DNA of 63,856 nucleotides, filler included, from Welwitschia mirabilis (GCA_051453625.1; 8 parts of one record of this genome joined end to end with filler, not necessarily neighbours in it), one strand, 5' to 3'; positions 39,282 to 53,779 are shown, numbered from the whole stretch's first letter. Made by a program: numbers and translations. The notes: generated by a model not told the origin, from the sequence alone.

Positions 39282-41634
39282 TCAAGGATTGAAGGAAACA
39301 AAAAATGAAGAGATGTAACAAAACAACTTTTATATTTTAGGGAAAGTTGAAATGCCATTTAGCAGTGCCTATTTGCTACCAACAGAAGATGCTTTTATTA
39401 ACACTTACATTAGTGATTGTACATATTGCCATTCCAACTAACACCGCTAATTTGATTAATTTTGCATATCTTAAGTACCAAATTATATCAAATAGGACCT
39501 TGAGAAGACATGATACAGGTATCATACTAAGTTTTGTAATCATTTATAATGATTTTATCAGTTCTCCAAGCCTTTATCACTTGATAAAACCCAATAGAAT
39601 TTCACATGAGAGTAGCGTTCATACCCACAATAGAAAAATTAGCATAGATAATAGACTTTGGGAATTCCTAGAAATGCAGATGAGATGGTTGAATACAACC
39701 CATACACTAAAGAACAATTGTCATTAGAGTGATCATTCCAAAATGCATACCAATTAAGATGCTTGCAAATGCACCATTTTTTTTAAATTGAAAAACCTTC
39801 TCTTCAAAGATCAGAATGGAGGAAAAATGGAATTCAGTGTTATACATTAAGTCAAATTACCTTGACTTTAACTTTTTTCCTCACTAATGGTTCCTCTTCA
39901 TTTTAATAAAGCATGTAGTATGAACATCACTACATTCTGCATTAACATGACATCATTACCAAGGATCTACTTATGCTATTCTCATATAGGCTAGTAATCT
40001 CTACAAAATAGTAATCTCTATAGAAGAAGTGTATTTAAAAAGGGTTCAATCTTATCCATTGGCTAAATAACTAAACCTATCTTATTGAAGCTAATATTCA
40101 AGAGCTTATTAGTAGTACTGACTACACTTTAGATTTAACCCAATGATCATGTTTTTTATGACTCATTCATGATTATTTCAGAAGTGTTGACTGCATTTCA
40201 GATTTAACCCCATGATATTCAATTAGCCATGATCTATAAGTCCTTACTTCTCTAATTATAGTTAAACTCCCCTCATGAGGAATTAAAAATAAAATACTTC
40301 ATGGCTATGGGATTAGTGGTGTTCTTGTTATCATCAGAGGCATTACTTATTTTCTATACTTATTAAGCTTATAGTATTCCCATATGGTCATTTCACTTTT
40401 ACAAATTTGAATCCATTTTGAGGTGTTAGTAGGCGAATACATTTATAAGTAGATGTTGATCTTATCATTCATTGTTCAAAAATATTAGTTACTTGGCATT
40501 GTCATAATCACTACCTATTNNNNNNNNNNNNNNNNNNNNNNNNNNNNNNNNNNNNNNNNNNNNNNNNNNNNNNNNNNNNNNNNNNNNNNNNNNNNNNNNN
40601 NNNNNNNNNNNNNNNNNNNNNNNNNNNNNNNNNNNNNNNNNNNNNNNNNNNNNNNNNNNNNNNNNNNNNNNNNNNNNNNNNNNNNNNNNNNNNNNNNNNN
40701 NNNNNNNNNNNNNNNNNNNNNNNNNNNNNNNNNNNNNNNNNNNNNNNNNNNNNNNNNNNNNNNNNNNNNNNNNNNNNNNNNNNNNNNNNNNNNNNNNNNN
40801 NNNNNNNNNNNNNNNNNNNNNNNNNNNNNNNNNNNNNNNNNNNNNNNNNNNNNNNNNNNNNNNNNNNNNNNNNNNNNNNNNNNNNNNNNNNNNNNNNNNN
40901 NNNNNNNNNNNNNNNNNNNNNNNNNNNNNNNNNNNNNNNNNNNNNNNNNNNNNNNNNNNNNNNNNNNNNNNNNNNNNNNNNNNNNNNNNNNNNNNNNNNN
41001 NNNNNNNNNNNNNNNNNNNNNNNNNNNNNNNNNNNNNNNNNNNNNNNNNNNNNNNNNNNNNNNNNNNNNNNNNNNNNNNNNNNNNNNNNNNNNNNNNNNN
41101 NNNNNNNNNNNNNNNNNNNNNNNNNNNNNNNNNNNNNNNNNNNNNNNNNNNNNNNNNNNNNNNNNNNNNNNNNNNNNNNNNNNNNNNNNNNNNNNNNNNN
41201 NNNNNNNNNNNNNNNNNNNNNNNNNNNNNNNNNNNNNNNNNNNNNNNNNNNNNNNNNNNNNNNNNNNNNNNNNNNNNNNNNNNNNNNNNNNNNNNNNNNN
41301 NNNNNNNNNNNNNNNNNNNNNNNNNNNNNNNNNNNNNNNNNNNNNNNNNNNNNNNNNNNNNNNNNNNNNNNNNNNNNNNNNNNNNNNNNNNNNNNNNNNN
41401 NNNNNNNNNNNNNNNNNNNNNNNNNNNNNNNNNNNNNNNNNNNNNNNNNNNNNNNNNNNNNNNNNNNNNNNNNNNNNNNGCCTTTACATTATGTCATACG
41501 TCATTAATTTAATGATTTTGTGATTTCTTCCTTGAGGGTTTTATAGGTTTGAATTTAGGGTAGGTACACAATCTTCTTCATATTCCTAGTTGTCTATTTT
41601 CGTTTTGTTTTCTTTAGCTATTTTAGTTGGTATT

Positions 41635-42596
41635 TGTTGTTGTGAATATTTATGCAACATTTACGTCCTAATTAGAATCTTATTAATCACAAATAATAAT
41701 GCACAAACATAACACACTAATATAGATGAGAGTTGATCCAAATTTCATAATCTAAGGACAAAGTATAAAATAAGAGGGTTGCTTTCAAAAGAGAGATGCT
41801 TGAATTCTAATCTATAGAAATCACTTGCAATGCATAAAAGAAAAATAAAACACACTTGTGTAAAGCTGATCTAAGAAGATGAAACAACAATACACTTAAC
41901 CTAAACTAATCAAGCACAACCTTAATAAAGGTTGCCCTCATAACCTATATCATAAGAGAAACTATCACCAGATTTCAAGCAACATAAGCTATGAGGGAGA
42001 TAAACACTTACATATTAAAGCATAAAAAGGAAATGTTTTATATTAAGAATTAAACTGCACCTGTGTAATAAAGTGATTACACCTCAATAAAGGAAACGTC
42101 ACCCAACACCAAGTAAATGTTTCTCTAGAACTACAGGATGGATCTCTAATCCTTTGATTTCCTATCATGAGAATTTCATGTGAAAACGAAGACAAGCAAG
42201 AGCCGAGGGGGAGATCTCTATTTATTAACTAAAGATACAAAACAATATAGATAGAAAGGTGCAAGTAAATCATAATGGTCACACAAAGAGGAAACATAAA
42301 TACAAGTGATGAAAGTTTAGTGAATGTTCGATATAGACATTACAACAATTGGCACAATTAGAATCGATCCACATCAACTACCAGTCAGATCTCAGTTAGC
42401 ATCTAGTTAGCACGGTCATCCGTACGGTCATCCGAATGATGAGGTGGACAATGGGCTTTGATAATTCTCCACTCATTACATTAGCCTTAATGTTTGTAGG
42501 AAATTATCTTTAGAAATACAAAGTATTCATATTTGTTCAGAATGCTTGTGAATTATCATGGAGATTGCATATTTCCATCCTTTTTATCTTAGCTCT
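41635..42596 (-). repeat. Athila-type LTR (3' portion), cut by a gap
   Basis: Begins TGTTGTTGTG on the plus strand. 42079-42148 aligns by eye with 58826-58895 in the Athila 5' LTR. Confidence 0.6.
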
Positions 42597-42696
42597 NNNN
42601 NNNNNNNNNNNNNNNNNNNNNNNNNNNNNNNNNNNNNNNNTTAATTAATTAANNNNNNNNNNNNNNNNNNNNNNNNNNNNNNNNNNNNNNNNNNNN

Positions 42697-44866
42697 TTAT
42701 TTGAATTTAAAAATGAGATTAAATCAGATTCTGATTAAGGAATGAGAAGGTCACTAATGATCAAAGGTTTCATTTGATTATTAGAAAGAATAATATATTT
42801 TAGTCCTTAGGACAATTTATTAAGTTTATGGGTGATATGCTAGGATGTCATTCCATCTATCATGGGGATGACAAACATGAGACAATACTCTTCAAAAAGT
42901 TTTACTATTAAGTAAAGATGTTGAGCTTTTTCCCATTCTACGTGTTCTTCATCCTCAGACTTAAGACAATTTGTTTCAATGGGGTCATCATACAAATTTA
43001 ATTCATGTAGCATGATTAATATCTCTTCTATTGGTTGATGTTATAAAGACAAGGTTGATTTCTTAGCAGCATCAAAGACTCTAATGGAATTTTGTTTGTT
43101 GTTAAAATGGTATCTCATTATCCTAGATCGTGTGTAAATGAACAATGGGTAGTTGCATAAAAGTCTCTTTCTAAAAGTAGTGGTTATCATACATCATGTT
43201 CTATCTCAATTATGACAACATTAGTGGCATAAAAAGATTTCTCAATTTGAATAACTAGGTCTTTAATAATTCCTAATTGTTTTGTGATTGATGTATCAGC
43301 TAATTCTAAGATAATAGATGTAGGTTCAACTTTGCTTTCTAACCCAAGTCTTTTACATATGTAAAGAGACATGATATTTACACTTGATCCTATGTCAATC
43401 AAAGCTTTTCAAATTCTTTTATTTCCTTCTAAGGTAACACTTACAGTTATAGCCTAGAGTCTTTAAATTTAGGATATTTTTGCATGACTAAGTTGGAAAG
43501 AGATTGGGCGAGAAAAACTCTACTAGAATGATACATTTTTTCTTTATTCTTACCAAATCCTTACATAACTTAGAATATTTAATATTTTCTTGCAAAATTT
43601 TTCAAAAGAATAGGGTGATGTTGACTTCTTGCATCAAAGCTTTTAGGTGTTCATTAGAAATGGGATTTGCATTTAATCTATCAAGCTAAGAAGTGGATGG
43701 TTTCTTTTCTTTATTTTCTTGTGAAGTATTTTTAGTGGAGGCCTTAGTAGGTGATGTTAATAGAAGGTTGTATGAATCTATAATTTCCACATCATCTTCC
43801 TCATTTATTTCATTATTTTTAGAAGTTGAAACCTTATGGGTAGGAGGTATTGTATCTTTTCCACTTCTTGTCACTATTTTTAAATCTCTCCTAACTTCAT
43901 ATGGGTTGTGAATTGATTCAGATGCAAGATACCCTTATGGTCTTTGATTGGCAAGCATTGTTTGTTGAAGCACATTTACTAAGTTTTCAATATTGCTATT
44001 GGTCTTTTCAATGTTATTATTAGTTTTCTCTTACACTTTTGTCATCTCTTCTATAGATTATCTAAGTGAATCATTATGATTTTGTTGAAAATTAGATTGA
44101 AATTTGGGATTTCTAAATCTACTTTCAAATTGTCTTTATTGAGATTATCCATCTAATCTTTGTTAAAATTGTGGTTGACTTTTAAAATTAGGTGTCTTTT
44201 NNNNNNNNNNNNNNNNNNNNNNNNNNNNNNNNNNNNNNNNNNNNNNNNNNNNNNNNNNNNNNNNNNNNNNNNNNNNNNNNNNNNNNNNNNNNNNNNNNNN
44301 NNNNNNNNNNNNNNNNNNNNNNNNNNNNNNNNNNNNNNNNNNNNNNNNNNNNNNNNNNNNNNNNGTAGTAGTATAATATTTCATCAGGTTGGTTGAGTCC
44401 TCCCTTTTTTCTTTCTTATTATGTTTCACTTTCTTTAAATCCTTTAGAATTTGACCTATAGTGTGATTTTATTTAGTGGGTTTAGGCCAAGTTTGATTTA
44501 TTTCTACCAAATTTTCTAACACACTCTATAGATCATCTAGGCCTAAATTCAAAAAATTTCCTTTACAAGAAAAATCTACCAAATGCTTTATTGAAGTATT
44601 TAATCCACTATAAAAATAATCTACTAGCTCTTCTTTATGAAATTCATCAATAAGATTAAAATGGATAGCTATTATAAAATGTTCATAGGCTATTGCATAA
44701 TCCTCATGAGGTTTTTGTTGAATGTTAACGCTTTTTTCTTCTCTTTCTTATGGGACCCTAACTCAAAAATTGTTTAATAAATACTTTTTGCACTTGACTC
44801 CAAGATTTAAGACTTTTATGTTGAATAGTTTTAAGCCAAACTTTTGCTCTTTCTCTAAGTATGACT
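42697..44866 (-). pseudogene. Athila-type gag and aspartic protease fragment
   Basis: WSQVQKVFIKQF..QKPHEDYAIAYEHF gag (~44680-44800), TRSGK motif, and IDIGSSVNIM..LELADTS protease; collinear with 56800-57897. Confidence 0.85.
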
Positions 44867-45129
44867 NNNNNNNNNNNNNNNNNNNNNNNNNNNNNNNNNN
44901 NNNNNNNNNNTTAATTAATTAANNNNNNNNNNNNNNNNNNNNNNNNNNNNNNNNNNNNNNNNNNNNTTTTGTTTTGCCTTGTATTTCTCCTTAGATTAGG
45001 CTTAGCCGTGTAACTCTTCCTTAGTTTAGGATAGTTTGTTGCTTCCTGTTTCTTAGAAGTGTACTGTATATATTCTCTTCCTTATCAATAGAATTTCTCA
45101 AGGGGAATTACTTCAACAGTATTAACCTC

Positions 45130-46350
45130 CATCTGAATCTTCATATATTTTTCATTCATGCCCTAGATATTTTCTCTAAATCCTCTTTGATTAGAGGCAG
45201 AGGTCATTAACTGTGCTTAAATGTGATAAATTTTTATTGATGCTTTATATAGTTGGCATCATATTTATTTATTATAGCCATGTTTTGCAGTAAAGATACC
45301 AATACTTCTTCTTTATTTCTTAGTAAAGCTCCAAGAGAAATTCTTTCTTTCCAAGTACTTTCTAACTCTGCAGCCTATTCATAGGTAATTCTTAATTTTA
45401 AATTGGCCTTCCTATGAGCCTCTAAAATTTGTACTCCCTCTGCTCTAGTATTTGTTGCTTACTATAATTTATTATTCTTATCCTTCTCTTGTTTTAACTA
45501 GTATCTCAAGAACTTGTTTTTAATTTTTAAACATAAATGTTAAATCTAGAGTTAAAGATATTATCCTTTGTTTGTATAAAATTCTACATTTCATTCTTCA
45601 CAAATTCATAGGCTATCAATTTTATCTCCCTCTAATGCCTTGGAGGAGGATTTTGATTAAGATGAATAGTTGAAAAGTAGATTCTTAATAGTGAATTGGG
45701 TGGGATCTACTCCTTCAACTCTTGTAGTTAGTGAAATGAAGCCTTTCTTTATTAATTAGGTGGACCTTCATTAGGCCTTACCAAGGGTAATTTCTATGCT
45801 AAACTCTATTCTTACTTTACTTTCAAAACACTTAATTGTTCCACTTCAAATAGGAATTGAATAGTTAATTCAATATAAGGCCTATTAACTTTAGGTTTTA
45901 CCCCATTTTCTGTGAGAATCCTTATTATCAAAAAAGGGAATCCTAGCCCAATGACTCTAGATTTTCCAACTTTTTAATATTTATCATATGCCTTATTAAA
46001 TTATGAAAGATAGCCCCATCTATATCCACATTTTTCTATGTTCTTATGTCTTTAATTTTATCTTGTAAATATAGCCTAGGCAATCTTATTTTATTTTTAG
46101 TTATTGAGGAAAGGAACTAGATTATTGGCTAGAATTCTTGTTAGTATGATCAAATTTGGCTCAAATGTCTTATCAAAATTAATTCTACCTTCTTTATTTG
46201 AATTTTTTTGAGGTAAAGCCATTTTTGGCTTAGCATCCTTTTTTCTATTAAAGATTTTAATAGATCTTTCCTCTTTTGGCAATTAAAGTATATTTTTAAT
46301 ATCTTCTTGAGAAAATGTAACCCTTGAATTATTCACTTTATGACCATTAT
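45130..46350 (-). pseudogene. Highly decayed env-like / putative plant transposon protein remnant
   Basis: Fragments ILTRILANNLVP, VDIDGAIFHNL and LIIRILTENGV follow the motif order of retroelement extra ORFs; weak. Confidence 0.35.
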
Positions 46351-48604
46351 CCTATCTTTCTCAACATACTCCATAGTTTTGTAAAATTCAAATACAATTT
46401 TAGCACTATATTTTTCATTTAGAATTAATCACTAATACCACTCCAACTCAATAATTCGCTATTTAAGTTTTGTAAGATATGTATTTAAGAATTATTTTTT
46501 AAAATTTATTGATGAAATAACTTTACATTTTGAAAAATAAAAAAGTTTTTGAAGTGAAATAGATTCTTGTTTAATCCTAAGTTCAAACACAATAAACTTA
46601 ACTCTAATTTTATTAAAACATTTTTCCTACAAATTATACATGATGCATCTCATGTGAATTTACACTTAAAAGTAAACATGGGTAGATTAAGTAAATTATG
46701 AGTTTTCATATAAAGCATGCAAATTTTACTATGTAAATTTTAAAGTTTCATGTGAACTATTTCAAGTGAATGTGGGTGCATAACGTCAATACAAGTGCAA
46801 GCTGCAAATTTGTATTTAACCCTATTTCCTAGTAAAACTATGCATGCTTTTGAATGCATTTTAAAAAATGTAAAAATAATGGTAGATGAAATGCATACCT
46901 AAGGACATAGTTAATGCCGAATTCATTATGAGAATGATTTCATAAAAGCTTAATCCAAGTGAATTTTCGCTCAAAAGGGGATAAAAAATAACTTATTACC
47001 TTTGCTATTCTATAGTTAATAAGACCTATACCTGTTAATCCTAAAATGACTTGCTACATTAACAATAGTAGAAGAAACAGTTGGCAACTAAAGTAGAACC
47101 TAGATGGCCTTCTAGACTATTGATGTAGCTAGACTAGTGATGTAAAATATGATGTCATCAGACCAAATTATGACATATAAATAAAGGGGTCTTCAAGTTT
47201 GGTTACATGGCAAAGAAAGATTGGGTGAAAGTCAAAAAAGTATATGTTAGTCAAACGAAATCTTTGAAATATGAACTAAAAGGAAGAAAAGAGGTGGAGC
47301 AAGAATATTTAGGTGGTTTAGTTAACATAGTAGCTCTTTGAGCACACATGCTATGTTAGACATGGGATTTGAAGCGGTCCTTCTCAAAGGGGGTCTTTGA
47401 ACTTAAAAACCACTTTGTAAATGTTCATTATAAATAATAATAAGTAAAAATTATGAAATGAAATTAAAGATAAATGTCAAAGGGGTCTTTGAAAGATTAG
47501 ACCTCTTTTAACAAACTTTTTATACCCTATCAACAAATAGTAAGATAAAGCTAAGTTTTAATTTATAACTTCAGCTTTGGATTTGTAAATTATTTAATTT
47601 AAGGAGTATAACTAAGAATGTGAAGTTCTTGTAGCTCAAAACTCCAAAGGACATACTTTTTCTAAGCTTGAAGGACTAAGTTGAAATGTTATTAAGTTGA
47701 TTTAAATTCTAGTTTAGGGTTCTAGTCCCATTTTAGTAAATTAAATGAATTATAGGAATATAGTTGTATGAATTTAAGCTTTGATTCAGTGTTGTGGCTT
47801 TGAATCAAAGAATTAATTAGTACCACAAACTTTGCAAGAAAGTGAAATCATGCTAGATTACTTAACTAAAATCTCAATTGTTGGGTGCATAAGAAGATAC
47901 TAAACTAATATTCATAATTAGTTTGAATATTTTGCTTTAAATTTAATACCTGATTAGTATAGAATTATGTCATTAATACACATCTTATTGAGAAGGAACT
48001 AGTGCATACCTAGAATCTAATGAATCCAATATTGTTATTAGGTATGCTTATTATTTTAGTAGATGTTCTTTTATTTTTATTTATTTACTTACTTTCTTAT
48101 TGTGTATTGTAACACGAATTCTTGGTAAGTAAGTACTTGTTAAAGAACTAAAAAAACACAATCAAATGACCACTACATAAAGCATATATTTATTAATCAA
48201 TCAATTATCCTCCACTTAAGCAACTACTTAGAGAATTCATCTACAACTTTCTTCGAAAGTTATTTACTTATTATAAGGTTAAGCATGACATCTATTGATA
48301 TTCTAACTCCTCCTTCTTCTTCAACTACTATCTTTAGTACCAAGAAAGTAAAGCACTATTTACTTTACTTCAGTCTAGCTTAGATTGATATGTGCATTCA
48401 AAGTGTGGAACCTATCTCTTCATAGATTGCAATTAGAATTGAAAATGTATTGGAACTTTTTTTTTCCTACTTAAAAATTTGTGGCTGAATTTTTAAACCC
48501 ATTAGGCTCCTTGCTTATGAAAAATAATAAGAATAGGTTTCATAATAATGTCATCCCTCCTTGCTTCAACCCTATGATTCATCACCTAATTAGTAAGTAT
48601 CTAT

Positions 48605-49766
48605 TGTTAAGGACTAACAAGTTATATTATTTTCTCCAATAGAAATATTTAGCCTATAATGTTTATTTAGGAAATTTAGCAAGTTAATTACAAGTATTAG
48701 AAAAAAGGGTCGATCAATTACAAGGATGGATCCTTCATTGGATTTAGCAACTTTGAGTTTTGATAAGAAGAACATTAAACCATTTTGAGTTTTGATGTTG
48801 GGTGTGTGGCTCATATTGGGCACACATCCAAATACCACAGGGCGGTGCCAACCTTCACCGCCCACAAATTGTACCATCTCCTGTTAGCGTGATTCATCTA
48901 TAAAAGGCTACCTTGCGTGATTGCTGATTGGTAGTGCTTTTGTGATCACATTTGGCTGGTTCTACAAGTGGTATCAGAGCCATGTTACCACCTTCACGTC
49001 GTTGTGTGCTCTGTTCTGCACTCTTCGCTCGCACTTTTGCACTCTGATGCCGTTGTGCATTGTTGCCCTGGTGCTACGCACTGTTTCTCTTGTCGCCTCT
49101 CTTTGGCGCCACTCTGTCAGCGCGCTTTCAGCTTTCCTGCACGACAGAGCAGCATAGGCGTAAGCACAAGCGTAGACGGAGTGGCATAGGCGTAGGCGCA
49201 GGCATAGATGGAGCGGTACAGGCACGACAGCGTCGAGAAACAGAGCGCAAAACAGCGATGCGAAACAAGCGGCGTGCACCTGCACCGCCGCTGCCTACTG
49301 CGCCTCACAATATCGCCTCTTGTTGCTTCTATGTTTGTCCGTGCCTCTCTGCACTCTTCGATCAAGCTTTACCACAGACGTTTCTCCCGGTGACGTCTAT
49401 ATCATGTCACGTTGGAAGTTGTTTTTTTTTAATTTCTTTGTGGGGTTTTTTCCTTTGTGGGGTTTTTTGAACATCATTAATTTTTGTATTGTTTATGCCC
49501 CTTATGCTTAAAATGGCTTTCTCACCCACTTAAGTGTATTTAGTATACACGCCTGTTTTTTTTTTTATTTCTTACTTATTTTTCCGAAGGGTAAGGCTAT
49601 TTTATTTTTCCTTTGGGTTTTGAGAAAGGCCTGCACTTAGGGTAACAATTGTCTTACCCGATTTAGAAATAATTCTATGTTTCTTCTTTGAACGACTCCT
49701 CTGTCTAAGGATGACCACCGTGATGAAGTTTGACATCGAAAAATTCGATGGCAAACTCAGTTTTTC
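48605..49766 (+). mobile_element. 5' end of a Tork/Tnt1-like Ty1-copia element: LTR 48605-48966, PBS, GC-rich leader, gag start
   Basis: TGTTAAGG...TCTACA LTR with TATA box CTATAAAAGG (~48898), perfect PBS TGGTATCAGAGCC, and gag MTTVMKFDIEKFDGKLSF from 49711 running into the gap. Confidence 0.88.
48969..48981 (+). promoter_or_regulatory. Primer binding site (tRNA-iMet)
   Basis: Exact TGGTATCAGAGCC two nt after the LTR-terminal CA. Confidence 0.92.
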
Positions 49767-50329
49767 NNNNNNNNNNNNNNNNNNNNNNNNNNNNNNNNNN
49801 NNNNNNNNNNTTAATTAATTAANNNNNNNNNNNNNNNNNNNNNNNNNNNNNNNNNNNNNNNNNNNNATCTATGAAATTAACTTAGAAATAGTCTTGAGAA
49901 TCATAGACTACAAAATAAAAATGTTAAAAATAGATAACCAAATGTTTCACTTATTTAGTACAAGTGGTTCTACTATCGTCCTGGTGGTTGTCTAGATGAT
50001 AAGAGGGGACGACAGGCTAAAAAATGTTTCTTAAAAAATAGAAGCTTGCAAAAATTTTTCAAAAAGAATAAACATTAAATGCATCGATATTAATGACCTT
50101 TCAATCNNNNNNNNTAATAGATAAAAATAATCATGTATAACATAAATAATACTCATCATGAAGTGTCAAAAATGATATGTAAAAATATGCACAATATCTA
50201 GCAAAAAAATGTACACTATGATGATACTCAAAGATAATATAAATCATGAGTTTTATATAATCCACAGAGGAAAAGATATATAATATGACATAAATAAGTC
50301 ATTCCTCTTATCTAGTCATGATAAACTCC

Positions 50330-51486
50330 TAACATGCAGCAAGCTTAGATATAGGTGAAGAAGAGGGAGGACGCTCAGGATCTATAGGGAAACGGTGGTT
50401 TAATAACATTGTGATGGTATGTGTTGTCTCATATCCTTGCACTCTAACTATCCCTGGGAGGTCTACCATCAGACCATACTGAATCCGTAAGATGTGTTGT
50501 CACATATCAACCAGTTGCTCCTCAGCGCATTGTACTCTCCTCTTAACTGTAGTGACCCTCTGCTCAACTGTAGAGATGCCTCAGTCTAATATCTTTCTAA
50601 TTGTCTATTATAGTCTCTACTAAAAGCGTCTAAATCTGCTTTAGAGTAATGTCAACTGTATTCTTCATACCTGAGGTATCTCGGCCTCTCTTGGAATCTG
50701 GATGCCCATATTATGTAGTTAATAAGCTAAAGTCTAGATATGTGTAAATATTTTCTCACGCATAGATTCTAGCATGCTAAATAATCTAAACATGACTGAG
50801 AGAAGGAATGGATATCTAAAGTATAAAGGTATTATGCCTTGATCATGATCCTGAGTCTCCTTCAGATGAAAGTCAGTAAGTCTATTTGCTCCTTTTGCCT
50901 AAATATTGCTAACATTTGGAGATGTGCAATTATTGCATGACTATTATGAAATGATGAGATGATGTTATGAATCACCCATTTGTGTAAATCCAATAAGTTG
51001 GTAATAACTAAGTAACCAAAACTTCTTGTCTATCTATAGTCAAATCTGTTGGAATATCAAGTATTGCGTCATAAGCAGATGCTCCTCTGTCCCACTACTT
51101 GAATGAATATGAGTGCTACCAATACCATCTAGATTAGTTACTAAAGTAATGTGGTTCAAGAGCATAGTAATGTCGTGACCCCAAATGGTAGCTACAATCA
51201 TGTCAATAAGCTAGCCATAAGCATTAGGACACTGCTTTATATGAATCGTATCATAGAACTCCCTGGTTTTTGACACACAGTATTTTCCCTGTGCATCTAA
51301 AATCACTAGACCTATAGATCTGTAATCCTTTGATCCATCTTTGACTCTAATCAACTCATAAAATCCCCAAAATATCTCTCAACATGGATGAGTGTTGTCC
51401 AAATCGTAAGAGATCAGTGTGCCAAGGTGAAGGATGGACCGGCTCTACCCGCTTAATCTCAGATGGTGCCAATGGGCCCACCTCCT
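50330..51486 (-). pseudogene. env-like / putative plant transposon protein remnant
   Basis: REFYDTI and IWGHDITM..I..VTNL motifs (cf. LVREFYAN..VRG..I). Its position 3' of the Athila pol fits Athila architecture, but a linker gap intervenes. Confidence 0.5.
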
Positions 51487-53779
51487 NNNNNNNNNNNNNN
51501 NNNNNNNNNNNNNNNNNNNNNNNNNNNNNNTTAATTAATTAANNNNNNNNNNNNNNNNNNNNNNNNNNNNNNNNNNNNNNNNNNNNTATAAATATAAAAT
51601 GTATCACGTAAGATCAAACGAAGATAGTGAAAACATGTCACATGGATACTCGAAATAGCCCCATAAATTGGTTTTTAATGTATATAAATCATAAAAATAT
51701 GTTCTGCCCCCCAAGAGTTTTAATGCATCTCATATTGCCTAATCATGCCAAAAAAATTGAAAATGTGTGAAAGATTAAAAACTGTAAAACAGGTGGACCC
51801 TATATAAGGTGAAAAATGAAAGTTCTTAAATGAAAGATCTTATCTACTAGAATTGTAAACGCATTGTATTGATCAATTTTCCCTAAAGGACCATTATGTT
51901 TCAACTTACAATTTATTATAAAATAAGTTTTAAGTTAAAACCTAATTCTACCTCATCAAATACATAATTCATCATATCTCATAGAATACATGGTGAAAAT
52001 CAGATCTGTAAGTTTCAAATCAAAGAGCATGAAAAATTGAAAAATATACTTGAAAACTACATACTAAAAGGTTCAAATGGGAGAAAAAATTAAAAATAAC
52101 AAGGGAGAGAAAAAAAAATCTCATGTTGCAAAATCTACTAAAAACTCGCAATCTGAGGCATCAATCTGACTAGGAGAAGTTTCAAAATGTTAGTAGGAAT
52201 AAGGGGAACTATCATCTCTTAAGAGAATAGATGAAAATGACAAAAAATAAAAGAAAAATAAAAGAAAAGAAGTTAGCCCATGCTCTTATTACACTCTCAT
52301 CCGATCACGTCGTTCGAATGACAACCCTAAGATGATTATCAGAAAAAATCTCAATTTCATCCTTTAATGTCGTTTGGACAACCGGTTGGATGACAAGACT
52401 TTGAAAATTTTCAGAAAAGTAAAGATGTCAACTAAACAAGTTAGGCTTAGATATCAGCATGAAGGTTTTAGAATGTATTAAAAAGCTCAAAAAATAGGGA
52501 ATGGTGAAGTGTCATAATGAATAATAATGATGAGAAAAATGTAAAATAATTAAAAGATAGGATGATAAAAATGCACTAAGTAGGTTGAAATATGTTAAAG
52601 AAAATTGAACAAATATGCTAGAAATAAAAAATAATCCTAAAAATATGTATAACTCCAACAGATGCAAAGGAATATCATAGAAATCATGAAGAATAAGAGA
52701 AGATTATCTAATTAAAATGCTAAAAGAAAAATTAACTTATGATTAATAAAAAACAACATGAATAATAACAAAAAAACTACTAAATGATAAGGTTCTAGAT
52801 GATGATAAAAAAGTATAGAAAGATTTTGAAATAACAAATGAAAGAAGCAAAGAAAAGAAGAACAAAAATAAACACAAGGAATATGAAGTAGATAGCTTAT
52901 TTACTCTAAATCCTAACCTAGCAGACCCTATTAGAAGACATCATAAAGCTACCTGAGTAAGGATGCATGACGAAATGTATTGACTCTATAAAGTTTCACT
53001 TAAAAAGGTAGTGATTATGATAACACCAAAGATTAAGTGCTCAAAACAATAAATGATAAGATTAAAATATGCTCAGAAATAAACTCACTTACTCACATTT
53101 CAAAACACACCCAAATCTTTAAAAGTGAAATGATCATGTGGGAACGTGAAAAGTCTAAGAAATAAGCAATACCTTTGATGATACTAAAAAAACCATTGAT
53201 CCCATAGTCTCAAAGTTTTATTACTACTTTTCATAATGAGGGGATTGCAGCCACAATTAAAGAAGTAAAGACTTGCAAAGCATGACCAACTGATCCTGTA
53301 GTGGAGTTCTCATAGCTAGCAATACTACCAAAGGTTCCTTTCAAAAAAATTTACCTTAGTATGATAGGACATCATTATGGCCATGTATTTTAGCACAAAT
53401 ATAATAGAAAATGATCATTATTTTTTTTTTTTTACACATATAATTCCCACATGGTCACACACTCAAAAATATGAAGGTGAAAAAGTAATATGAAAGATAG
53501 AAAAGAACATATCTAAATAATCAAAAACCTTGCACCATTGAAAAAAGCACAAGAACTAAGGCATCTTCCTTCAAAGTAAAGTTCATAAGTATGTGAACGT
53601 TTAAAGATTGAGTAAATCCAATCTTATCACTATAAAAATTCCCAAGTATGAATACTAATCATGGAAACTTCATAGAGCAAGCACATAAGTCAAGTTTTAA
53701 ATATGATCAAGTGACATTATAACATCCACCAAAAGAATACGCTAAGAGAGAAGTTAGACAATGGTAAGGAGGAAGTTCT

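Noticed and set aside
48921-49511. Cluster of overlapping ORFs on both strands
   Set aside because: These are a by-product of the GC-rich retrotransposon leader between PBS and gag, with no recognisable protein.
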